Positions 40,567-49,200 of a DNA stretch of 64,000 nt are shown in pieces. Under the pieces are notes generated by a model. That model saw only the letters and a program-made list of their open reading frames with translations, did not search any database and was not told the DNA's origin. The position numbers and the translations under genes are program-made. Positions within the stretch are counted from its first letter, which is position 1; every line of letters begins with the position of its first letter. The DNA comes from a virus (Duplodnaviria > Caudoviricetes). Location: positions 192,001 to 256,000 of the IMG/VR virus record IMGVR_UViG_3300037501_000111; one strand, given 5' to 3'.

Positions 40567-41289
40567 TTATGGTACCGTTCCGCCAAAATATACATCAGCA
40601 AAATAAGATTGTGGTCTAACAATATTGGCCAGCCTAACATCCTGTACCATTATATTTCCTCCGTCTAATGACGTCGTGTCTGGAATAGTTCCTATGAACC
40701 ATTTACCTGGATTTGAACTATTATCAACCGCTCCTCCCCCAGGGACTAATGTTCCCACTAAAGTACCATTTAGATAAGCTCTAAGTGTAGTACCATCCCA
40801 AGTTTCCCCAATATGAACCCATCTACCTTGTGGTATAAGATTTGGAGAATTAATAGCCAATTCTCTTAAAGTGCCGCTGGTAGTAACGTAAGCAATCCAT
40901 CTTCCATCAGAAGTATTTCTAATGTATAAACCACATGTCAAAAATGGAAAAGCCCAGGAATTAGCAATGTACTGCTTAGTAAAAACGGAACCAAAATTAC
41001 TAGCGTATCTTCTAACATAAACCCAAGCAGAGATTGAAAAATTGGTTGGAACGGTAACTCCATATGCTCCACCAGTGCCATCGTGATTAGGAGAGATGCT
41101 TTGCCCAGGTATATAAACCCCTTTGAAATCTTCATCTATCTTAATAATTCCAGGTACTTCGGTAAGCATGTTTCCATAATCTACAAGATCGCCAATCGAT
41201 CCTAATGTTCCTAAATTTGGACGATTAGGACCTTTCTCGTTAAGTGGATATACTAGGATATCATTTGCATCAGGCGCTACTCTAGCCAT
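40567..41289 (-). CDS. LamG/concanavalin A-like lectin-domain protein
   Basis: FSISAWVY, WVHIGETWDGTTLRAYLNG, VQDVRL. Confidence 0.8.
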   Translation of the reverse strand: MARVAPDANDILVYPLNEKGPNRPNLGTLGSIGDLVDYGNMLTEVPGIIKIDEDFKGVYIPGQSISPNHDGTGGAYGVTVPTNFSISAWVYVRRYASNFGSVFTKQYIANSWAFPFLTCGLYIRNTSDGRWIAYVTTSGTLRELAINSPNLIPQGRWVHIGETWDGTTLRAYLNGTLVGTLVPGGGAVDNSSNPGKWFIGTIPDTTSLDGGNIMVQDVRLANIVRPQSYFADVYFGGTVP

Positions 41290-41296
41290 CTATTCC

Positions 41297-42679
41297 TCAC
41301 GAGTACACTATAGTTATTCGAGCATTGTTACATATTACTCTATCTGTCACAGATCCGCTTGTTTTCCAAATTTGAACTTCATATCTGGTAGGAGCATCGC
41401 TTCTAATATTTCCTGGACTAGTACCCACAACTAAAGGTATGGAAGTGTATTCTGTGGTAACAGTGTTATTAAATTGGAATAGTGTATTTGTAACAGCTAC
41501 ATTGTGTGTAGTATCAAATAACCTACAATATCCATCTACACCAACCGAAGAAACTTCTAGACTGGCTTTAAATGTCATACTTCTAGCTCTTCCACTATTA
41601 TCTGTTAGTAGTGCCGGATACAGTGTAATATCCACTTCTCTACCACCTGTTCCTGCTGGTGTAGAAAATCCATTCATTTCTGTGCCAGACACAAAATTAA
41701 TATCAGAAGGCATAGCTAAAGCTAGAAGCGTAGTAATTAAAACAGGCGGACTATAAACAATATTAATTCTAGCATTTCTACAGATAACTTGATCATTAGC
41801 CCCGCCACCAGTAATAAAAATTTGAACTTCATACTGAGCAGTCATATCTGTTCTCATCAATCCAGGAGTTACTCCTGAATTAATATTGGCAGACAGCTCT
41901 ACTGAAGTTAAACTGCTGGTAGATAATGTACTACTTGTAATAACAACATTGTTTGTAACATCTTTGATTCTTACGAAACCCGTGGCTGCCGCATTAGTTA
42001 CTTCCAGATCAGCTTTAAAGGTCATAGTTCTAGTACGACCATCTAGAGTGGTAGATGGAAATGGTGACATATCTACAGCACGAGCGCCTACTCTGAATGG
42101 AGAAGAAGAGTTAGTATATCCGTCTCCTCCTACAAAAACAATATCAACCGGCAAAAGAATAACGGTTGGTAGAATATTTAAAGTTACACTTTGAGTAACT
42201 GGTTTCCAAATATAACCGTCCCAAGTAAGTACTTGATTGGATGTTGGGGCTTGAGTAGAAACTGGACGACCCTGTAATCCGGTAACATATGGAAGTGTGT
42301 GTGTATTTCCTAAATCTTGTGCTAATTGAACTGAATTAGTAGGTTGCCAAACAATACCATTCCATCCTATAACTTGATTAGGTAATGGTGCGGCACTGGA
42401 AAGTGGACGATCCTGTAAACCGATAACTAATGGATGAGATGGTGTGCCACCTAAATCTCCAGCTATTGTTACAACTTGCTGAGTAATTAAATTCTCAATA
42501 CGGTCCATTCTAGATCTGACAGTAGCAAATGTGCCGCTCGGTTTAGCTCCTAATTCATTTTCAATTGCAATAATGGCATCTCTTAGTCGATTGACCGTAT
42601 CTCCACCAATTGGGGATTGGTTATCCTCTACAAGAGGCAAAGTAACATTATTGTCTATCTGTGCTGGATAAGTAGTCAT
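41297..42679 (-). CDS. tail-fibre-like protein with duplicated C-terminal beta-domain
   Basis: N-terminus homologous to 42785; two DLG..P.V.GLQ.RP repeats; two tandem domains each ending VIC.NARI.IVYS. Confidence 0.7.
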   Translation of the reverse strand: MTTYPAQIDNNVTLPLVEDNQSPIGGDTVNRLRDAIIAIENELGAKPSGTFATVRSRMDRIENLITQQVVTIAGDLGGTPSHPLVIGLQDRPLSSAAPLPNQVIGWNGIVWQPTNSVQLAQDLGNTHTLPYVTGLQGRPVSTQAPTSNQVLTWDGYIWKPVTQSVTLNILPTVILLPVDIVFVGGDGYTNSSSPFRVGARAVDMSPFPSTTLDGRTRTMTFKADLEVTNAAATGFVRIKDVTNNVVITSSTLSTSSLTSVELSANINSGVTPGLMRTDMTAQYEVQIFITGGGANDQVICRNARINIVYSPPVLITTLLALAMPSDINFVSGTEMNGFSTPAGTGGREVDITLYPALLTDNSGRARSMTFKASLEVSSVGVDGYCRLFDTTHNVAVTNTLFQFNNTVTTEYTSIPLVVGTSPGNIRSDAPTRYEVQIWKTSGSVTDRVICNNARITIVYS

Positions 42680-42784
42680 GAAAGCCTTTGGATCTCTTAA
42701 CGTTATTTTTTACTCAGATGTATGCTAAAAATTTAGTATACTTGTGTGGTAAGGCCCTACCGCCCTAGGCTGAAACGTTAAAAC

Positions 42785-45733
42785 ATGAGTAATTATCCTT
42801 TTAGTTTCGACAATAACATAACCCTCCCTGGTGTTTCTGGAAGTTCACAGGAAGATGTAGCTATTACTGCGCTTAGAAGTGCGGTTTTTGCCATTGAAAC
42901 AGAGTTGGGCGTAACGCCTAGTGGAATTTATCCAGATGTCAGAACTAGATTAGATATTTTAGAATCTAGGCTCCAATTTGGGGTTTCTCCGCAAATTCCA
43001 AATGATGGTTATGTAAAAAGTCCTTTATATATCTGGAATGTGCCTCAAAATGTAGTTTTAAGCATTAGTGACGGCTACGGCGCTCCCACCGAAAATAGAT
43101 TAGACGGCTCTCTTTATATGAGAGGTGGGGATGGTTACGCTAATAATCAACTTTATGTTAGGTTAAATGGCCAATGGAAGCCCGTTCAAACTGAACAATT
43201 TGTTGCATCAAATGATCTAATTGGATATCCTCCTGGTTCAGACGGGCATTTAGCTCAAACAGTTGTGGGTTTGTATAACCATCCATTTGCCACAACTATG
43301 AACTCTGTTGGTGCCATTCAAGATGGTTACCATGTTACCTGGAATAACTTTACCAGTCACTGGGAAGAACAAACTGGATTTATACCAGGTCGTGATTTGA
43401 TGGCATTTTCTGGCCCTTATGGCCGCACCGGTCAGCAAGTTATTGGTCTGCAAGGATTCCCATTATCAGGGTTCCCTCCAACTGACGGATATACATTAGT
43501 CTGGCAGGCATCGGATAACCGCTGGGAACCACAAGCCCGTGCAGTTGTATTCGATGGTTATGTTGCTCGTGTTAATTTGAGGTCCAACCGCGCTCAACAA
43601 TCACCAATTTTAAACACTAAGACTGGAATTGTAAACTTTGGAACTGATACAAGTGGAGCGAGCCTCGGAGCCACCAACGACTATGCTATAATTTTAGGTG
43701 GTGACAGAAACCTTTCATCCGGAATTCATGCAATCACAGTAGGCGGTTTTGCTAATAATTCTTCGGATGGCTATGCCTTAATAATTAACGGAAATTCTAA
43801 CATAGCGTCTGCCCAAAACTCGACAGTACTTAATGGAATTACCAACACAGCTAGCGGAATACGATCATTTGTACTTAATGGTACATCAAATACTGCTTCC
43901 GGTGTCAACTCGTTCGTTGGTAATGGAACTAGTAACACAGCCGCAGCTAATCTTTCTGCAATTCTAAACGGATCTTCTAATAGTATTTCTATAGGATCCA
44001 CACACACAGGTATTGGGTTTGGAACAAATAACCAAATAACAGGCGGGGCAGCTTCTCAATTCTCTGTTATTATTGGCGGCACCACAAATGTAATTTCTAG
44101 TGCAGAAAATGTTCTGATCGGCGTTCCAGATAGTTCTGATTCGGCCGCGCCACATTCTATTCTGTTATCTGGTGTAAATAACTCTATACTTACACTGTCT
44201 GATTATTCTGCGGTCTTAACCGGCGTAAATAATACAGTAAACATTTCTTCAGAATATGGATTCATTGGAACCGGTCAAAACAACAGCGTAACCGGCCACT
44301 TCTCTACTATTTTGAATGCTGATACTTCTACGGTTAATGGTCAGCACGCTACGGTTCTAAAAGGACTTAGCAACAGCGCAACTGGTCCATACTCCACTAT
44401 TGTTAATGGTAATAATAACCTTATCAATAGTGCTGGTTGGAGTATTATCCTCGATGGATACAATAATAGTGTAACTGGTACCGGCTCATTTATTGCTGAT
44501 GGTTACAATAATAGTGTTTCTGGGTTCTTTTCATCCATTCTAAATGGTAACTTCAATACTATTGCAGGTAGAAATAGCACTGTATTAAATGGTGCCAATA
44601 ATACCATAGACTCTACTAGTGCCGAGAGCACAGTTATAGTTGGAGCTAATAACTCATTCGTTAACTCGGCCAATACTACTGCAACTGGAAGTGGAAATAC
44701 TTTCACAAACGCCGCCCAGACTTTTGTAATTGGAACTACTAATAGTATTCAATCGGCCTCTTCGTTTATTAACGGTTCAACTAACACACTTGCAGCCGGA
44801 TCTATATTTAACAGAATGTTTGGCTCCTTTAACACTATTGGCGCTAATGCATCTACTAATTTTATTATTGGTAATGCAAATATTATTGGCCCATCTAATA
44901 CTACATCCAATACTATAGTACTAGGAACTAATAACTTAGTTGATAACTCTAATACAGTACTTATCAGAGGATCTAGCAATATAGCCAACTCTAATTTTGG
45001 TAGTGTAAGTGGTCAATTTGGTAAATCTAGGATGTTTGGCCAAGAAGTTAGAGCCAACTCTAGATTTACTTCTACTACCATTGCGGCTGGTTCTAACGGA
45101 GCTAGCTTGCCACAAGCTACAATTAACGTAGCATCTACCGCAGGATTTCCAGCTAGCGGATCAATTGCAGTTATTACCTCATTAGGTATGCAATCCGTGA
45201 ACTATTCTGGTACAACTGGAACTAGTTTCACAGGATGCTCTGGTGGTACTGGTACTATGTCAACTGGTAATGCAGTTGGTAAAATTGGTGAGGCTCAGTG
45301 GTCACACTTAGTATTAACTGGCATGGCTGCTGGTGGTGCGGCTGTTCCACTACAATTACAGGATGCTATTGCAGCTAATCCAACTTTTGTTGATGGTTAT
45401 TCTTATGATTTAAGCATCAAAGTGCTTATAGTAAATACATCTCCAATTACACCAAATCCTGTTGTTCCTGCAAGATATTATATTGATGTACTTGCACATC
45501 AGGAAAGTGGTGTCTTAGTTCTTGATAATATTAACTATACTTTATCTACACCTAACACGGTAGATAGTATATCTAGAACGCCTTGGACAGTTACAGTTTC
45601 TACCAATGGCGCTAACCAAATGTTAGTTACGGTTGATACCGAATCAATTACTTCCTACGTGCAACCAAGCAATACTCCATCTGACAGAAGGGCAATTGCT
45701 ACGATTGAAATGCGAGAAATTTCGAGAATATAA
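42785..45733 (+). CDS. tail-fibre/adhesin protein with YadA-head-like ~14-residue beta-roll repeats and one T-module
   Basis: Repeats such as NSTVLNGITNTASG and RSFVLNGTSNTASG over ~450 aa. Confidence 0.75.
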   Translation: MSNYPFSFDNNITLPGVSGSSQEDVAITALRSAVFAIETELGVTPSGIYPDVRTRLDILESRLQFGVSPQIPNDGYVKSPLYIWNVPQNVVLSISDGYGAPTENRLDGSLYMRGGDGYANNQLYVRLNGQWKPVQTEQFVASNDLIGYPPGSDGHLAQTVVGLYNHPFATTMNSVGAIQDGYHVTWNNFTSHWEEQTGFIPGRDLMAFSGPYGRTGQQVIGLQGFPLSGFPPTDGYTLVWQASDNRWEPQARAVVFDGYVARVNLRSNRAQQSPILNTKTGIVNFGTDTSGASLGATNDYAIILGGDRNLSSGIHAITVGGFANNSSDGYALIINGNSNIASAQNSTVLNGITNTASGIRSFVLNGTSNTASGVNSFVGNGTSNTAAANLSAILNGSSNSISIGSTHTGIGFGTNNQITGGAASQFSVIIGGTTNVISSAENVLIGVPDSSDSAAPHSILLSGVNNSILTLSDYSAVLTGVNNTVNISSEYGFIGTGQNNSVTGHFSTILNADTSTVNGQHATVLKGLSNSATGPYSTIVNGNNNLINSAGWSIILDGYNNSVTGTGSFIADGYNNSVSGFFSSILNGNFNTIAGRNSTVLNGANNTIDSTSAESTVIVGANNSFVNSANTTATGSGNTFTNAAQTFVIGTTNSIQSASSFINGSTNTLAAGSIFNRMFGSFNTIGANASTNFIIGNANIIGPSNTTSNTIVLGTNNLVDNSNTVLIRGSSNIANSNFGSVSGQFGKSRMFGQEVRANSRFTSTTIAAGSNGASLPQATINVASTAGFPASGSIAVITSLGMQSVNYSGTTGTSFTGCSGGTGTMSTGNAVGKIGEAQWSHLVLTGMAAGGAAVPLQLQDAIAANPTFVDGYSYDLSIKVLIVNTSPITPNPVVPARYYIDVLAHQESGVLVLDNINYTLSTPNTVDSISRTPWTVTVSTNGANQMLVTVDTESITSYVQPSNTPSDRRAIATIEMREISRI

Positions 45734-46161
45734 TGGCAACAACAGTTAGAACTACAAGAACATTAGCTCTGCCCGATATGTCGGACAGATATCCAAGTAA
45801 TAATCCTCCTGACGGCTACATTCTTACTTTCAGTGGTGCGGACGGTTATTACCTCGCAAAACCTTTATCTAGAATTTTAGCAATTAGTTCACCAAACTCT
45901 CCATATACTCCAACAACTGAAGATGTTGTTCTAGTTCCTAATCATGTTGGAGTTTTTACAATCAATTTGCCACTGGGTCAAACTCCAGGAAAAACTTTTT
46001 ACATTAAGGACTTTGCGGGAGTGGCTGCCGCTAATAATATTGTAGTTTCTGGCAACGGAAATAATATTGATGGCGCCCCAAGCCAAACTCTAAATGTAAA
46101 TTATAGTGGAATACAAGTTATTTGGAGCGGTGCCAGTTGGGCAATTCTCGCTAACATCTAA
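45733..46161 (+). CDS. small structural protein with gp9/gp10-like module
   Basis: FTINLP..PGKTFYIKDFAG.A..NNIVVSGNGNNIDG; TAATG overlap. Confidence 0.65.
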   Translation: MATTVRTTRTLALPDMSDRYPSNNPPDGYILTFSGADGYYLAKPLSRILAISSPNSPYTPTTEDVVLVPNHVGVFTINLPLGQTPGKTFYIKDFAGVAAANNIVVSGNGNNIDGAPSQTLNVNYSGIQVIWSGASWAILANI

Positions 46162-46230
46162 TAACCATCAAAATTCTACGCATTTAGAATAGGGATAATC
46201 TAATAAAGAGACATCTCTCTAGGAGATTCT

Positions 46231-49200
46231 ATGGCAATACAGTACTATATGCGAGCCTACAATACGACTTTGTCCCAATATGTGGAATGGGTCGTAAATG
46301 ACGCGCCAGACAGTATAGGAACATTTTCTGGTTACCCAACAAACCAGTTAGTTAACATTATTGTCAACAGAATAGTACAGTCAAAAGTTGAGAATTTTCT
46401 AAAACCAAATCAATCACTTGGTGGCACTGATGGCCTTTTCTTTCACGTCAATAGCTATGACTGGAGAAATGCAGTTACCCCGATTCCTCCACCAACTGGA
46501 TTGACTGGATTTCAAATTGAACGAGGCGTAAACTTTATTGCCAGCATTACCGCGGCCTCTAACGCTTCGCCAATCAATATTACTACAGCCACTAACCATG
46601 GTTTGGTAACTGGTCAAATTGTAACTATTAATGGTGTTACTGGAAATGTAGCCGCTAATGGTAGCTGGCCAATTACTGTTCTTGGGCCAACTAATTTTAC
46701 ACTGAATGGTTCTGTAGGTAGTGGAGCCTCTTCTCCGGGCGGAAATGTTTTTACCCCAAGAGATATGTCATCTCTTATTTGGGACGAAACCAACGCTTTA
46801 TGGCGCTTCGTTTTTAACACCAATGGTGATGGTACTTCTCTTGGAGCATCGCAATCCTTAGTTGTAAATAACTTATTTGTTGATGGATTTTTAGCTCTAG
46901 GAATAGATCCTGCCGACACTGGTATTATCAGAATTCCTAATAATCAATATATTTTCTCAGAATCTAATCCAACCGGTATCGATATTCAATTAATCGGTGC
47001 TGACTTATTTAATAGGGTAAAACTTGGTAGTACAGTTACTGATATTGTTTATACTCCTGGTGTAATGGTAGTAGATGGATATGTTCAACATGATGGCACC
47101 AGCGATAACGTTGCAGCTTCAACTGGATTTATCCGTGAACTAAACAATACAAACATTGTTGCTTTCAAGAATGTTAACCAAGCATTTACTGATATCGTTG
47201 CACTAGGGTCTAATACATTCAATAATGTTATTATTGGTGATACGGTTAACACTGGAACCATTCACAATACAGCTAGTGGTACATTTAGCATTACTGCCGC
47301 TACTGCCGCAAACCCTGTTCAAATTACAGTATCTACTCCAACTACATTTGTAACTGGACAAAGCGTTACGATTAATGGTATCACTGGTACTATTGGTACT
47401 GACCCAACTAACGGATTGAATGGAAAAACATTCTCGATTGTAGTACTAAATACTACTCAGTTTACCCTAACTGGCTCTAACGGTACTGGTTTAGCCTATA
47501 CCAGTGGTGGCACAGTTACAACTAATAACGTTCACTCATTTCAAGTTGGCGGAAACACTCAAGTAGAAATTGGTGCACCATTCGTTAGATTTCCGTCATC
47601 TATAATTGCTCCGTTTATTTTACAATCTACAGCAGCAGTATCTACCAGTGGTCAAAATATGACCATTCAGTCACAGAATGCTGGATTGGGTGGCAGCAAT
47701 GGTGGTAATTTAACACTTACTACTGGTACTGGAACTACTAACGGTCTTATCAATTTGCAAACTGGTGGAGTAACTAGAGTTACCTTGAGTGATACTACTG
47801 AAACTCATATTCATCAGACAATTACTTTTGCTAACACTATTGCAAATCCAATTATTACTCAGGATACGACTTCTTCTGCCGCAGGTACTACACTAACTGT
47901 ACAAGCGCAAGCAACTTCATTAGCAGCTTCTGCTGGAGGAAATTTAGCACTAAGTTCTGGTATTGGTACATCACAATCTGGAAACGTCTTCATTCAGACT
48001 GGCGGAACAACACAGATCGTTGTATCGCCATTGACTATCGCACCAAGTGATTCTACCTTTGGTCCACCGACCACAGGCACTGTTATTATTAAAGGTAACT
48101 TAGAAGTTCAAGGGTCGATGACTACCGTAGAAAGTACGGTTGTTGATATTATTGGTAGAGTAATTCATGCTAATTGGGCTGATCCAATAAGTTCACCAAA
48201 CATATCGCCTTCTACACAGATAACTGGCTATAGTATCCATCGTGGTAATTTTGGAAGCGGTATTCCTCGTGATGGTAGCGCCTGGATTTGGACTGAGAAT
48301 CCAGATGGTTATTCGCATGCTGGCGCAGATGGATATTGGAGAGCAGTGACCATTCCTGGTGATGGTATTGGCACTGACAATTTTACAATTGCCAACTCTT
48401 TAAATATTGTTGGAGTTATGGGTAATGATTTTGCTGCTAGTTCTGATCCAAATCCTCTATCAGGATATTTGGCTGGTACCGGCAGTTTAAGAACCGCTAA
48501 TAACGTACCTGTAGCTGTTTCAAGAAACCTAACTGCAAGTACAACTGTTGCTGCCGCGTCTAATTTAACTACATTACCTCAAGCAACAATTAACGTAGTA
48601 TCTACGACCGGATTCACCAGTTCTGGTACGCTATTAATTCTATCTTCTACTGGTGTTCAAACGGTAACATACACTGGCACAACTGGAACAAGTTTTACCG
48701 GTGCAACTGGTGGTACAGGTCAAATTATTACTGGAAGTATTGTTGGACAAACTAATAGATCAACTACATTTAATGGAACTAACGGCACTACACTACCAAC
48801 AGCTACAATTACTGTAGCTTCCACTACCGGTTTCCCAGCTTCTGGAACTCTGCGTGTAGTAAGTCGTACTAGCAATAACTCTATTTCTCCACCAAGTGTA
48901 CAAGTAATTACTTACACTGGTACAACCGCTACTACATTTACTGGATGTTCTGGTGGTACGGGGTTCTTGTTTATTGGCGATTCTGTCACCAGCGTTCCAC
49001 CAGTTGGAACTCAAGATTTAGTTTTGTTAGGAACTGATTTTGGTAATCGCATCCTACACGGGTCTCCAAATAGTAATACTGGCCATATCTTCGATACACC
49101 AACTGGATTTTTCTATGACTTCCAGATTAATAGTATCTCTCAACTACAGGTTAGAGGCGATCTTGATTCGGATAGCTTTACCAGAACTTTAACAATTGCT

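Noticed and set aside
41297-45733. Invertible tail-fibre cassette
   Set aside because: The orientation is suggestive, but no recombinase gene or flanking inverted recombination sites were found.
27700-48990. T-module as an intein or BIL-type self-splicing element
   Set aside because: It is too short, its Cys is internal (TFTGC), and it has no N-terminal Cys/Ser plus C-terminal His-Asn signature.
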